The notes beneath the pieces were generated by a model. It saw nothing but the letters and a program-made list of their open reading frames with translations, was not told the DNA's origin and did not search any database. A program made the translations under genes and the position numbers. 64,000 nucleotides of DNA from a bacterium (lineage in GTDB: Bacteria; Patescibacteriota; Patescibacteriia; SBBB01), in assembly GCA_005239895.1 (NCBI GenBank), contig SBBB01000011.1:24957-88956 (forward strand), in the 5' to 3' direction. This document shows positions 35,819 to 46,497 of the stretch, piece after piece (position 1 is the stretch's first letter; the number at the start of each line of letters is the position of its first letter).

Positions 35819-36322
35819 TTATACTCTTCTGGCTCGGGGTGGTCTACATCCATTATGAGCCATGGGTGTTACATCTTTAATCTTAACAATATATAAACCA
35901 TTCGCATTTAAAGCTTTAATAGCTGATTCTCTACCACCACCTATACCACTTACAAAAACCTCTACTTCGCGCATACCATAGGGTTTTAATCTTTCCACAG
36001 CTTCTTTCACTACTTCGGAAGCTGCGTAGGGAGTTGATTTTTTGGGACCCTTAAATCCTTTCATCCCCGAACTCACCAACACCAAAACATCTCCCTTGGG
36101 ATTAGTGATACTAACAATCGTATTATTATAGGAAGCATGAATATGAGCTTGCCCGCGTAATATTTCTGGCTTAGCTTTATTTGTTTTTAAAGTATGCGTT
36201 TTTTTGCTATATGCCTTTTCTGACTTCAATTCTTGCAAATCACCACCTGGGGCACTAGTAGTAGTGCTATTGGCAGTATTATCAATTGTTGTTTTTTGGG
36301 TTGTTTCGATCAACATAATCAA
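35819..36322 (-). CDS. rpsK: 30S ribosomal protein S11 with N-terminal extension
   Basis: The C-terminal ~125 aa are S11-like (AHIHASYNNTIVSITNPKGDVL...). The ~40-aa N-terminal extension is Thr-rich. Confidence 0.9.
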   Translation of the reverse strand: MIMLIETTQKTTIDNTANSTTTSAPGGDLQELKSEKAYSKKTHTLKTNKAKPEILRGQAHIHASYNNTIVSITNPKGDVLVLVSSGMKGFKGPKKSTPYAASEVVKEAVERLKPYGMREVEVFVSGIGGGRESAIKALNANGLYIVKIKDVTPMAHNGCRPPRARRV

Positions 36323-36357
36323 ATAATTTTAAATTTATTTTTAATAATTGTCAATTC

Positions 36358-36747
36358 TTAGGTTTTCTGAGTGGCTGGTTTACGTCCACTACCAACAGTC
36401 TTACGAATATTGCCCCTTACAGTTCTAGAATTAGTCTTAGTCCTTTGGCCCCTCACAGGCAAGTGTTTGGCATGCCTTGACCCCTTATAAGAACCAATAT
36501 CTCTTAACCTCTTAATATTTAATAAAATATCTCTTTTTAATATACTCTCGGTTTTATAGGTATCATTAATAATATTTCTTAGTTTATTTACTTCAGGTTC
36601 AGTAAGATTTACAACGCGAATATTAGGATCAACCCCAGCAGCTACCAAAATATCTGTAGCCAATTTGGGACCAATACCATAAATATATCTTAACGCTATT
36701 TCTATTCTTTTGTTGGATGGTAAATTTATACCAGCTATACGTGCCAT
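36358..36747 (-). CDS. rpsM: 30S ribosomal protein S13
   Basis: [26 protein letters not shown] with a basic C-terminus. Confidence 0.9.
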   Translation of the reverse strand: MARIAGINLPSNKRIEIALRYIYGIGPKLATDILVAAGVDPNIRVVNLTEPEVNKLRNIINDTYKTESILKRDILLNIKRLRDIGSYKGSRHAKHLPVRGQRTKTNSRTVRGNIRKTVGSGRKPATQKT

Positions 36748-36757
36748 AAAAATAAAA

Positions 36758-36871
36758 TTAACCTTGTCTTTGTTTATGTTTAGGGGTTACGCAAATTGCC
36801 ACAAGTTTTTTATGTCGCCTAACAACCTTACATTTATTGCAAATTGGTTTAACAGATGCCCTAACTTTCAT
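36758..36871 (-). CDS. rpmJ: 50S ribosomal protein L36
   Basis: Hand-translated 37 aa: [37 protein letters not shown]. It has the L36 zinc ribbon and lies between infA and rpsM. It is below the ORF-track cutoff. Confidence 0.8.
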   Translation of the reverse strand: MKVRASVKPICNKCKVVRRHKKLVAICVTPKHKQRQG

Positions 36872-36950
36872 AAAATAATTTTAATTACTTAAACTAAAAA
36901 ATAACCTATTTCCTAGGTATACAACAAAAAACCAAAGATCAAAGATCAAA

Positions 36951-37196
36951 TTAATTGCGATAAATAATTCTACCTTTGGTTAAATCGTAAGGAGTAAATT
37001 GAACCGCTACACGATCGCCCGGCAATAATTTAATTTTATATAATCTCATTTTGCCCGCTAAATACCCAATTACGTTCTGTCCGTTTTCTAAGCGAATTTT
37101 AAATTGCGCAGCTGGTAATAATTCTATTACTTCTCCATTAATCACAAATAAAGCTTTAGAATCGTCAACAGTTTTATCGGTAAATTTATTTTTCAT
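36951..37196 (-). CDS. infA: translation initiation factor IF-1
   Basis: 81-aa S1-like OB fold ([31 protein letters not shown]). Confidence 0.9.
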   Translation of the reverse strand: MKNKFTDKTVDDSKALFVINGEVIELLPAAQFKIRLENGQNVIGYLAGKMRLYKIKLLPGDRVAVQFTPYDLTKGRIIYRN

Positions 37197-37258
37197 TTAG
37201 CTCTTAATTTATAATTTGATTATTAAAGGGTTTTAATTACTAGAATAAATGCAAAAAA

Positions 37259-37540
37259 TTAAAATGTGTCCGCAGTTAATTTAGAATCAAAGTCGTCAAT
37301 TATCTCTTCTACTTCCGTTATTTCTTTAAGTCCTATTTGCTCTAACTCGCGATCTTTGTAATTTACTAATGTTGACACAACCCCTTTGTTTCTTCCAATA
37401 TTCCAACCAATATCATTACCCATTAAAAACCCAATAAAAACACCTAAAAACAAACCACAGCAAAACAACAAAATAATTCCCGTAGTCCCTAGCACATTAA
37501 TATTAAATTGTTTCTTGTCCGTACATTTGCTAATATCCAT
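37259..37540 (-). CDS. small membrane protein (93 aa), hypothetical
   Basis: Single TM helix (GIILLFCCGLFLGVFIGFLMG) plus an acidic C-terminus. Confidence 0.4.
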   Translation of the reverse strand: MDISKCTDKKQFNINVLGTTGIILLFCCGLFLGVFIGFLMGNDIGWNIGRNKGVVSTLVNYKDRELEQIGLKEITEVEEIIDDFDSKLTADTF

Positions 37541-37614
37541 ATTATTTAAGAATTATAAATAAAAATTAATATTTTGTAATTCTATAATTAGATATTATAC
37601 TATATTTAGTATAT

Positions 37615-38865
37615 ATGAAACAAGCATTAAGTTATCCACAAAGCTATTATAACCTTATGACAAACTTATTGATTACCTTGGAATTTCCACCTCAGACGGG
37701 TGGAGTCGCCAACTATTATTATCATATTGTCCAAGAACTGTCAAGAAATTGTAAAATAATCACCCTTACCACCCCAAACCAACCTTTTATTACCGAAGAC
37801 AACCTAACAACCTCAATAGTCTTACGCAGACCATTACTTTTCACTAAATTTTGGCCCAAGTGGCTATTAACTCTATACCAAACCTTTAAAATCATCAAAT
37901 CATATAAAATTAAACTAATTATTATTGGTCATATCTTACCCTTGGGATATGTTTCTTTAATATTTAAAACAATATTTAATATTCCTTATATCGTATGCGT
38001 TCACGGTTTGGATATACTAGCTCCTCAAAAATCTAAATGGCAGACTTTCTGGTTAAAAAAAATACTAAAACAAGCTCATTGTATTACAAGTAATAGTAAT
38101 TTTGTTAAATTAGAGGTTATCAAATTAAATATTCCAGCCGATAAAATTATAGTATTATATCCAGGTTCAAATATTTTAAAAAATCATAATCAAAGACCTG
38201 ATAATGCAAATGCAAATGCAAATGCTAATGCTAATTTACAAACAACTCAAAATATATCTCCGGAAATAAAATACCGAACTAAACATAATTTGACTGAAAA
38301 CGATATAATATTATTAAGCGTTGGACGCCTTGTGGATCGCAAGGGTTTTGATATAGTAATTAAATCATTGCCGACTGTCTGGAAAGAACGCCAAAATGTA
38401 AAATATATTCTTTTCGGAGATGGTCCTGAAAAATCTAAATTACAAAATCTAGCCCAACAAATAATGTCTCAATCTGGTAAACCGCATCATATTATTTTTC
38501 CCGATTCACTTTCGGATCTAGATAAAGAATATTATTATAAATTAAGTGACATTTTTATTATGACACCTAAAGAACTTAAATACGATTGCGAAGGTTTTGG
38601 TATAGTATATTTAGAAGCTAGTCAATCTGAGCTACCATTAATTGGATCTAATTCCGGCGGCGTACCAGAAGTTGTCCTAAATAATATTAATGGATTGCTT
38701 ATAAAACCAGATGATATTAATGAAACTGCTGCGGCTATTATTAAGCTCGCGCAAAATCAGACTTTACGTAAAACATTGGGTCAAAAGGGAAAACAAAATG
38801 CTCTGGAAAAATTTCAATGGACCCAAGAAGTTTCCAAACTTTTGAATGTAATTCAAAACACTTAG
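37615..38865 (+). CDS. GT4-family glycosyltransferase
   Basis: C-terminal EX7E-type GT4 motif (EGFGIVYLEA...LIGSNSGG). It contains an internal (Asn-Ala)5 microsatellite insertion at 38205-38236. Confidence 0.85.
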   Translation: MKQALSYPQSYYNLMTNLLITLEFPPQTGGVANYYYHIVQELSRNCKIITLTTPNQPFITEDNLTTSIVLRRPLLFTKFWPKWLLTLYQTFKIIKSYKIKLIIIGHILPLGYVSLIFKTIFNIPYIVCVHGLDILAPQKSKWQTFWLKKILKQAHCITSNSNFVKLEVIKLNIPADKIIVLYPGSNILKNHNQRPDNANANANANANLQTTQNISPEIKYRTKHNLTENDIILLSVGRLVDRKGFDIVIKSLPTVWKERQNVKYILFGDGPEKSKLQNLAQQIMSQSGKPHHIIFPDSLSDLDKEYYYKLSDIFIMTPKELKYDCEGFGIVYLEASQSELPLIGSNSGGVPEVVLNNINGLLIKPDDINETAAAIIKLAQNQTLRKTLGQKGKQNALEKFQWTQEVSKLLNVIQNT

Positions 38866-38871
38866 TCCTAC

Positions 38872-38896
38872 TTAGTCGCCTTGCCACTAAGTAACT
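38872..38896. repeat. hairpin CTTAGT-CGCCTTGCC-ACTAAG; an inverted copy lies at 57697-57719
   Basis: The two loci share 23 nt (CTTAGTCGCCTTGCCACTAAGTA). Confidence 0.6.
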
Positions 38897-38897
38897 G

Positions 38898-39323
38898 CTA
38901 CAGCTTTTTATCAGCTAAACCTAGTTTTAATTTTGTAGATGTATATTTTGATAATTTATAGGGTGGAATGATATGAATTTTTAGAGATAATTTTTTACAA
39001 ACATCGTGCGCTAGAAAATCATTTCTTAACGCCATTTGATCGTACCCAAAACAAACCACATCTGGTTTATACTTTTCAATAATTTTATAACTACTTAACC
39101 CTTTGTCTCCCAAAACAACCAAATCAACCATTTTTAAACAACTAACAATTTTTGATCTTTCTTTTTCAGAAAACACAGTTAATTTCTTGTTTAATTTTAC
39201 TAAATTGTGGTCCCGAGCTATAACCACCATTAAATAATCTCCATATTTTTTAGCGCGATTTAAAAAATAAACATGACCAGGATGCAAAAGATCAAAAGTT
39301 CCAAAAACTAGTACTTTACGCAT
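38898..39323 (-). CDS. cytidylyl/adenylyltransferase-like nucleotidyltransferase (TagD/HldE-domain-II-like)
   Basis: N-terminal GTFDLLHPGH (HxGH) motif of the CTP-transferase-like family. 141 aa. Confidence 0.7.
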   Translation of the reverse strand: MRKVLVFGTFDLLHPGHVYFLNRAKKYGDYLMVVIARDHNLVKLNKKLTVFSEKERSKIVSCLKMVDLVVLGDKGLSSYKIIEKYKPDVVCFGYDQMALRNDFLAHDVCKKLSLKIHIIPPYKLSKYTSTKLKLGLADKKL

Positions 39324-39333
39324 AATTTAATAT

Positions 39334-40392
39334 TTACCACCAAATAATTTTTTTAACCAACTTGAAATACGCCTCAAAAAAAGGATTAGCAATATATTTT
39401 AAAATAGGATTATTAATATCTTGAAACAAAATACTACCAGTCATATAAGATAAAATATGTTTGTCTGACACCACGCGTATACTATTCACAAACTGCCTAC
39501 GTTTTTTAAGATATAACCAAGATTGGGCTTTTAAAAAAAATAAATAAGCTTTGAGTTTGTGAGTCCAAAAACCAGATTTAATAGAAAATAAAGAAGTTCC
39601 AAATTCCATAAATAAAAACGCTGGTAATAATAAAAATATAGTCTTTAATTTATAATTAGTAAAAAATACTATTAATCTATTGCGCTCCATCCAATAATAT
39701 TTTTTTATACTACGCATAAATTCATACTTATGATAAACAATAGATTTGGGTGTTAAAACTACTTTATATCCAGCTAATCTTAATTTCCAACTAAAATCTA
39801 AATCTTCATGATATAGAAAAAAAATATTGTCAAATAATCCAACCTGCTCTATCGCGCTCATGCGATACAAGACTGATGCTCCACTAGCATACCCTACGTC
39901 TGATTGTAATTGTGGCATCTCAAATAGTGTTTTTAAATATCCACTACTATACCCAAACCCTAAATAATGCAAGGCACAACCACAAGAATTAATTTTTTCT
40001 TTATCGGGCCACATCATCACCAAAGACTGACAAGCTCCAATATTTGGATCAGAATCTGCTGCTTCCACTAAGTACGTAACATAATCAGGCTCAACTATAG
40101 TATCTTGATTTAATAATATTAAATAATCAACGCCTAGCTCTCTAGCCTGTTTCCACCCTAAATTAACTCCACCGCTAAACCCTAAATTAGTTTTGGATTC
40201 TATAAGTTCATGAGACAAACTGTGCTGTTTAATTAAATCTACAGAACTATCAATCGAAGCATTATCAATAATAATAATCTGACATAAATGTTTAGGATAA
40301 GTAAGTTTTTCCAAACTATCCAAACAATCTGGTAAATATTTTTCACCATTAAAACTTAAAATAATAATTGCAACTTTTGATTTGTATACCAT
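39334..40392 (-). CDS. GT2-family glycosyltransferase
   Basis: N-terminal GT-A fold motifs (IIIDNASIDSS, DxD-like region). Confidence 0.8.
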   Translation of the reverse strand: MVYKSKVAIIILSFNGEKYLPDCLDSLEKLTYPKHLCQIIIIDNASIDSSVDLIKQHSLSHELIESKTNLGFSGGVNLGWKQARELGVDYLILLNQDTIVEPDYVTYLVEAADSDPNIGACQSLVMMWPDKEKINSCGCALHYLGFGYSSGYLKTLFEMPQLQSDVGYASGASVLYRMSAIEQVGLFDNIFFLYHEDLDFSWKLRLAGYKVVLTPKSIVYHKYEFMRSIKKYYWMERNRLIVFFTNYKLKTIFLLLPAFLFMEFGTSLFSIKSGFWTHKLKAYLFFLKAQSWLYLKKRRQFVNSIRVVSDKHILSYMTGSILFQDINNPILKYIANPFFEAYFKLVKKIIWW

Positions 40393-40399
40393 AAGCTAA

Positions 40400-40750
40400 C
40401 TACTTTTGATCATGATTATCAAAATGTTTTTCTGCGTCTTTTAGACTTAAATGTCTAGTAATAATAGTAATATTTTTATCTAATTCTTTTAAACGAATAA
40501 AAATATTAAACAACGTGTAAAAAATTAAAATAAATGCCGCGTACATTACCAAATCTGCCCCTCTTCCAATTCCAACTATATGAGCTATATAAGTAGTGCT
40601 GTGAGGATAAGCAACTACAACTACAAATATTAAATAAAAAATAATCCAAACCCCAAAACTAAATTGAGAGATTTGCTTGCGTTTAAATTTATCCCAAGCC
40701 TTGCCTAGCATGAACACAGCTATCAATAATAAAATAATTTGAATATACAT
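40400..40750 (-). CDS. small membrane protein, DUF2304-like (often paired with GT2 genes)
   Basis: 116 aa with 3 TM segments, between two GT2 genes. Confidence 0.45.
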   Translation of the reverse strand: MYIQIILLLIAVFMLGKAWDKFKRKQISQFSFGVWIIFYLIFVVVVAYPHSTTYIAHIVGIGRGADLVMYAAFILIFYTLFNIFIRLKELDKNITIITRHLSLKDAEKHFDNHDQK

Positions 40751-40761
40751 AATTTAAAAAT

Positions 40762-41541
40762 TTAATGACGATTACAATATTTATTATATATTTTTTCCCA
40801 TACTAAATTCCAAACAATACGATAAGCATTAAAAATGCTCTGACCCTTAGACTTAGAATATTTTGTATATCTAACTGTGACCGGCACTTCTTTAAATACT
40901 AAATTATTAGACTGAATTTTATCTAAAATTTCCGAAGCATGGGCCATGCCATCTTGATCAATTTTAATTTTTAAACTAGCTTGTCTAGTCAAAGCTCTTA
41001 AACCACAGTGCGAATCAGTTACCGAAATTCCCGAAAAAATACGCGTAAATAACACTCCGCCTTTTAAAACTAAAAACTTAGTAATATTTATATTAATGGC
41101 TTGTCCTAAAAATCGCGAACCCAAAACCACGTCACATTCTTTATTAAACAAAGGTAATAATAATATTTTTAGATCTTCACTGTCATGTTGACCATCCCCG
41201 TCCATATGTACAATAATATCAGCTCCCCTAGCTAAACTATAATTAATACCTGTAACCAGAGCTGCTCCTTGTCCCCGATTTACACAATGTCGCAATACCA
41301 TAGCTCCAGCCCCTTGCGCTTTAAACCCAGTTTGATCAACAGAACCGTCATCCACGACTACAATTTTAAATTGTAAATCTAAAAACTGCTTCCGGTCTAA
41401 TTTCATCAAAGACTTAGTAAGGTTTTGAACTACATCTTTGATTGTTGTTTGTTCATTAAAAGCTGGAATAACAACGCACACAAACATATACAAATTAAAT
41501 CTTGGAATGAAATAACGAACGAACTCCTTTAATATAATCAA
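40762..41541 (-). CDS. GT2-family glycosyltransferase (polyprenyl-phosphate sugar transferase-like)
   Basis: VVIPAFNE...VVVDDGSVDQT...DGDGQHD motifs. Confidence 0.8.
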   Translation of the reverse strand: MIILKEFVRYFIPRFNLYMFVCVVIPAFNEQTTIKDVVQNLTKSLMKLDRKQFLDLQFKIVVVDDGSVDQTGFKAQGAGAMVLRHCVNRGQGAALVTGINYSLARGADIIVHMDGDGQHDSEDLKILLLPLFNKECDVVLGSRFLGQAININITKFLVLKGGVLFTRIFSGISVTDSHCGLRALTRQASLKIKIDQDGMAHASEILDKIQSNNLVFKEVPVTVRYTKYSKSKGQSIFNAYRIVWNLVWEKIYNKYCNRH

Positions 41542-42520
41542 TTGTTTTTTTCAAACCTTGATTTAATAAAACAACTGGAAACCAGCCCAATAACTCAGTT
41601 GCCAGAGCAATATTAGGTATTTCTTGATCATGATAAGTTGCGGTTTGCTGATCATTAATAATAATCTCAGATTTTGAATTTGTTAAAGCCACTATTTTAT
41701 CTACGATATCTTTTATAGAATATTCCAAAGAATGTCCTAAATTAACTGGGTGGTTTATAGATGACCCCATTAAACGCAGCAATCCGTCCACCAAATCATC
41801 AACATAACAATAACTCCCTAAAATTTTAGAACTCGTACTACGAATATGAATAGGTTTATTTTCTAATGCTAATAGCACTGTATCGGAAAGAAATTTTCCG
41901 TCTTTTAATTTCATACGCGAGCCATAAGTATTAAAAACCCTAGCAATTTTAACATCTAAATTATGCTTTAAGTGATAAGAATTAACGAGAGTCTCACCAA
42001 AACGCTTGCTTTCAGCGTATAGATTATCAGGAGCCAAATGATCAAAAACTCCTAAAACATTTTCTTTAAATTCAACACCCTGAGTTCCAGGTCCATATAC
42101 CATACCCGATGAAACATATAAAAATTTAGCTTGATACTTAACAGCTAAATCTAAAGCATTCTTGGTACCATAAACATTGGCTAACAAAGTTTCTAAGGGA
42201 TACTTCTGACGATCTAAAGGACTAGATGGAGAAGCTAAATGATACACTTCTTGAATTCCTTGCCATTGAATTTTAAATTTTTCTAATTCCATAATTTGCT
42301 CTAAATCACAGGGCTCAATAATATCATGTTTTATAAATTCAAAATCCGAATGATTTAATAAATGATTAATATTATCTTCAAAACTAGTTAAAAAATTATC
42401 TATACATATAACCTTACTATCATTTAAAAGCCGATCGCATAAATTAGAACCAATAAAACCAGCCCCGCCAAAAACAACTACGCTCTTTTTATCAAAAATT
42501 TCTTTCATACTTTTTAGCAA
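41495..42520 (-). CDS. NAD-dependent epimerase/dehydratase (UDP-glucuronate decarboxylase-like)
   Basis: Rossmann GGAGFIGS, a catalytic YxxxK (YAESK) and the SSGMVYG motif. Its 3' end overlaps the next gene by 47 nt. Confidence 0.85.
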   Translation of the reverse strand: MLKSMKEIFDKKSVVVFGGAGFIGSNLCDRLLNDSKVICIDNFLTSFEDNINHLLNHSDFEFIKHDIIEPCDLEQIMELEKFKIQWQGIQEVYHLASPSSPLDRQKYPLETLLANVYGTKNALDLAVKYQAKFLYVSSGMVYGPGTQGVEFKENVLGVFDHLAPDNLYAESKRFGETLVNSYHLKHNLDVKIARVFNTYGSRMKLKDGKFLSDTVLLALENKPIHIRSTSSKILGSYCYVDDLVDGLLRLMGSSINHPVNLGHSLEYSIKDIVDKIVALTNSKSEIIINDQQTATYHDQEIPNIALATELLGWFPVVLLNQGLKKTIDYIKGVRSLFHSKI

Positions 42521-42536
42521 ATTATTAAAATTAATT

Positions 42537-44261
42537 CTATTTATAAGCTATAGCCCTTACGATATTCCAACCATACTCACTATTAGGGGTCTTTTTAAAT
42601 ACCTTACGAAACACTGTAACCGCTTGCGCTTCTTTGTTTAATGATCTAGTTGCAGGCTTCAATCCATAAACAATACGATCTACAGCTAACCAATCAGATT
42701 TACTATTTGGTGTTCGTTTAAAAACTATTTTAAAATCATTGATTCCTTTTTGCTCAGCTCGTAGGTTTCTCTGCAATGGTTTTAATCCTATTTGAATGTA
42801 AGTGTAATCTCGCCAATCTTCAAAACTATTGGGCAGACGACCATAAATTCTACCAAACTCAGCCAGAGTTTGCTTATCAACTCTAAATTTTACACTTCCA
42901 CTAGCCTTGGGTGATGTAACGGATGAATTATTTGGCAGTAGTGTAGGAGGAACTATATTAATATTGTTATTGGTAACATGAAATGAAACCTCACCCGAAA
43001 CTATAGAAGCCAGATTAAGAGCTGTATAAAGATTAATTTTACCACTTCCTAATTTATTAATAAAACCGGGATTTTTAGCATCAATGCTATCAGTAGTGTT
43101 TATAATAATTTCAGTTATTTGTTTAGCGCTTAAACCTGGTCTAAAACTTTTAATCAAAGCTGCTTCTCCTGAAACCACACCCGTGGCAATAGATGTTCCA
43201 CTCCAAAAACCACCCTGATATTCTTCATATCCGTGTTGAGGGCTATACACCTGCAAGCCGAAAAAACTTGATCCTGGAGCGCTAACATCAACGCATCTTT
43301 GACCAAAATTAAAAGACACTGGTTTTTGATCTAACGCGTCCAAACCTGTAACCCCCACAATCCTATTTACAGATTCACCAACATCATAACAAATAGGATA
43401 CAAAAGAACTTCGTCTAAATTTAAAAAATATTCTTTAGATTTATTACCAGCCGCAGCGACTAAAACGACATTATTATTATAAGCGTTTTTAATACTTGTA
43501 AAAATAGTATTACTATAACCTACTCCCACAAAACTCATATTAATAATGTGTGCACCATTCGCAACAGCATAATCAATAGCGCGAGCGACTGCTAGGGTAT
43601 CTCCATTGCCTTCATTATTTAAAACCCTAAGAGGCATAATTTTACTTTTCCAAGCTACACCCGTAACACCTTGTTTATTATTTCCTTCAGCTGCCACAAC
43701 GCCAGCTACAGTGGTGCCATGATTAATTCCCGTGGATGTATGCTTATCATCAAATACCGGATGAACATTATTAGTATTAGATACAAAATCCCAGCCATAA
43801 ATATCGTCAATATACCCATTCTTATCATTATCAATATTATCATTAGGAATTTCTCGAGTATTAATCCAGGTATTGTTTACTAAATCTAAGTTATTAATGT
43901 CAACCCCCGAATCCAACACCGCCACTACAACTCCACTGCCATTTGAAATATTCCAAGCCTCGGGAGCTTTAATTTCTGGTAAATACCACTGCTTATCATA
44001 ATAAGGATCTTGGGGCTCAAAAGAAGAATAATAAAGATAATTTGGTTCTGCAATCTCCACCTGCTGATTTAGCTTGTAATCTGTCGAAATATTATGAACA
44101 TCTACACCCTGATTAAATTTAAACTTATAAAGTTCTTGATAGTTTTTAAATTTTACTACCAACTGATTATCCCTAGAAGAAGCTAACTGTTGCTTATTAA
44201 TTTTTAAAAAATTGTAAGACAATAATCCTAAAAAAATAAAAATTATTAACCGCAACTTCAT
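42537..44261 (-). CDS. subtilisin-like serine protease (S8) with two C-terminal ~45-aa tandem repeats
   Basis: Catalytic-triad contexts VAVLDSGVD, HGTTVAGV and GTSIATGVVSG, plus an N-terminal signal/TM. The C-terminus carries 2x ...FK.FK+TPNS..W.....Y. Confidence 0.9.
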   Translation of the reverse strand: MKLRLIIFIFLGLLSYNFLKINKQQLASSRDNQLVVKFKNYQELYKFKFNQGVDVHNISTDYKLNQQVEIAEPNYLYYSSFEPQDPYYDKQWYLPEIKAPEAWNISNGSGVVVAVLDSGVDINNLDLVNNTWINTREIPNDNIDNDKNGYIDDIYGWDFVSNTNNVHPVFDDKHTSTGINHGTTVAGVVAAEGNNKQGVTGVAWKSKIMPLRVLNNEGNGDTLAVARAIDYAVANGAHIINMSFVGVGYSNTIFTSIKNAYNNNVVLVAAAGNKSKEYFLNLDEVLLYPICYDVGESVNRIVGVTGLDALDQKPVSFNFGQRCVDVSAPGSSFFGLQVYSPQHGYEEYQGGFWSGTSIATGVVSGEAALIKSFRPGLSAKQITEIIINTTDSIDAKNPGFINKLGSGKINLYTALNLASIVSGEVSFHVTNNNINIVPPTLLPNNSSVTSPKASGSVKFRVDKQTLAEFGRIYGRLPNSFEDWRDYTYIQIGLKPLQRNLRAEQKGINDFKIVFKRTPNSKSDWLAVDRIVYGLKPATRSLNKEAQAVTVFRKVFKKTPNSEYGWNIVRAIAYK

Positions 44262-44380
44262 AAATAATAATATTTTAATTACAATAAAATCGTTGATTCC
44301 ACAATCTCAACTGTATTTAAATTATATATCACTTGCTACGTCAAGTTTTTAATCTGAATCTAATGCTGTAGTTATTATGA

Positions 44381-44671
44381 TTACACTATCTGAAAATCAA
44401 TATGAATAATTTGCTCAGTTAAGGGATTACGTTGTAGTTCTTTTACTTTAACTTTCAAGGGTTGGTCTTGATCAATATACAGATCGCATAAAGAATCCTT
44501 TTTAATATTTAATAAAGGTTTAAAATGCGAACTATATTCCATCTCAATAGTTAAAGGTTTAAAATTTACTCCATAAACAACCGCAGGCATAAAACCACCT
44601 TTGCGCACAACTCGCACGGACTTACCTAACACTGATCTTTTTTTTGATTTAATAATAATAGAATCTGACAT
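44381..44671 (-). CDS. rplY: 50S ribosomal protein L25 (short, N-terminal-domain-only form)
   Basis: 96-aa protein resembling the short single-domain L25 form (RKGGFMPAVVYG...). Confidence 0.7.
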   Translation of the reverse strand: MSDSIIIKSKKRSVLGKSVRVVRKGGFMPAVVYGVNFKPLTIEMEYSSHFKPLLNIKKDSLCDLYIDQDQPLKVKVKELQRNPLTEQIIHIDFQIV

Positions 44672-44735
44672 ATAAATAATTAGGCTTTAGGCTTTAGTAA
44701 ATTAAAACTTGAAATTTGTAATTCTATCAAGTTTC

Positions 44736-45077
44736 TTAAATTTCTTCTTCTGTTAAAGTTTTTAAAAACTTTTTGGAATTTAATAATTCATGCAAATTTA
44801 GCACCTCATCCAAATGAACACTGGTTTTATCTTTTAATAATAAACTCTCTTCACTATTTAAATCTGTAACCAAACAAAAAGAACTGCTACCCAGCTGATT
44901 GTTTGTAACTAGCGCTAAAATAGAAGTACGACATTTCTTACAATTAACGTGCACTAAATACATGCCATTATTTTCTGCTAATAATTTAGCGCTGAATATG
45001 CCGTACTTAGTCTCGCAACTAGGACAACATGGAATTAAACCGTGTACTTCAGCGGATTTTTTATTTGCAAGTGCCAT
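44736..45077 (-). CDS. zinc-ribbon hypothetical protein (113 aa)
   Basis: CCPSC...CKKC four-Cys arrangement. No other assignment. Confidence 0.4.
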   Translation of the reverse strand: MALANKKSAEVHGLIPCCPSCETKYGIFSAKLLAENNGMYLVHVNCKKCRTSILALVTNNQLGSSSFCLVTDLNSEESLLLKDKTSVHLDEVLNLHELLNSKKFLKTLTEEEI

Positions 45078-45180
45078 AATCGTTTATTATTATCTTATAT
45101 AGTATAACATAAACTTTTGAAACGTCAACACTTTTATTGTATTACCAAAATTTGTTTAAAACCAGTGCATCAATATTGAT

Positions 45181-46296
45181 CTAATCAATCTTTTTAAATG
45201 CACCGTTACTGTAAGTTTTAACAACCAAATCAGCATCAAACGCGTGATTACCCAAATATAAGTATTGTCCAGCTGCGCCTTTAAAATCTTGGGCTAGAAA
45301 ATCAATTATCTCCGTATTAGTAGTTTTGCCAACAGATACAGCTTCAGTCAGTCTAGCCACAGCATCATAAACATGATCGCCCGCCACCCCCGGAAGAATA
45401 TTATATACTTTTTGATAATTTTCGGCATATACAAAATTATCATGCCCCACAATAAGCTGATTTTCAAATCTGCCTTCTGCAATTCTTACTTGATCACCAT
45501 CTTCCATATTTACATAACCAACTATGGGAATATCCCAACCAATATCTTTAATCTGTTTAGCTAAAAGGCCTGATTGCGGGAACACACTATTAACCAATAC
45601 ATCCGGATTTGCAGATTTAACTTTTAAAATAGTAGTTTTAAAATCATTGCTAGTTTTTTCAACAGATTCATTTGCAACTAATTCATAACCATTTTCAGTA
45701 ACAGCTTTAGCCACAGCTTCCGCAAAAGCCTTGGGTCCATCCGCTTTATTTGAAATAATAGAAACCTTTTTGTATTTACCTTTTAATAATAAAGCTTCTA
45801 AACGCACGGCTTCTTTATCTGGACTGGGCATAAATCTCAACACCCATTTTTTACCATCATTTATTTCTTTAGCAATACCAATGCCAATCAAAGGCACTTG
45901 TTTTTGTTCCGCAATATGAGAAGCAGCTATAGAAGAAGCTGAACTAAATGTTACCAGCGCATTAACCTTGTCAATATTTATTAATTTGTGTACAGCTGCT
46001 ACGGTCTTTTTGGTATCTAAAGCATCGTCTTCATAAATAATTTCAATTTTTTCTTTAACCTTGGCATCTAAATCGGTTAAAGCTAATTCAACACTATTTT
46101 TTCCAGATTCACCTAAAGACGGAGCTGGTCCAGTTAAAGGCAAAATAACACCAATTTTAAATTTTGACTGAACTTCAGTTGGACTATTTAAAAATCTATA
46201 CCCTACCAAACCAATAATTAGAAGCAACACTACGCCAAGAGCTATTTTCATATTTTTATTCGCCCAGTTAGAGGTTTGATTATTATCTATATTCAT
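45181..46296 (-). CDS. ABC transporter substrate-binding protein, branched-chain amino acid (LivJ-like) family
   Basis: N-terminal anchor, then KIGVILPLTGPAPSLGESGKN typical of type-I periplasmic binding proteins. Confidence 0.8.
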   Translation of the reverse strand: MNIDNNQTSNWANKNMKIALGVVLLLIIGLVGYRFLNSPTEVQSKFKIGVILPLTGPAPSLGESGKNSVELALTDLDAKVKEKIEIIYEDDALDTKKTVAAVHKLINIDKVNALVTFSSASSIAASHIAEQKQVPLIGIGIAKEINDGKKWVLRFMPSPDKEAVRLEALLLKGKYKKVSIISNKADGPKAFAEAVAKAVTENGYELVANESVEKTSNDFKTTILKVKSANPDVLVNSVFPQSGLLAKQIKDIGWDIPIVGYVNMEDGDQVRIAEGRFENQLIVGHDNFVYAENYQKVYNILPGVAGDHVYDAVARLTEAVSVGKTTNTEIIDFLAQDFKGAAGQYLYLGNHAFDADLVVKTYSNGAFKKID

Positions 46297-46352
46297 ATTT
46301 TATATTTAAAAATTAATTGAATACTATATACTTTGTGTTATTTCAATCATCT

Positions 46353-46490
46353 CCTGTCATTCCCTGTTTTTTCTGTCGTCCTCGGGTACATTCGGACATA
46401 AATGTCCTCAGTATCACGACTTGACCCGGGGATCCAGGTTATATTTAATTGTACGCGCTCCTGGATTCCCGATCAGGTCGGGAATGACAA
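46353..46490. repeat. MITE-like palindromic element, copy B
   Basis: It shares the modules TGTCRTCCTCGGG / TTGACCCGGGGATCCAGGTTAT / GCGCTCCTGGATTCCCG / CGGGAATGACA with copy A at 23305-23466, with different internal insertions. Confidence 0.65.
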
Positions 46491-46497
46491 AAGAGGA

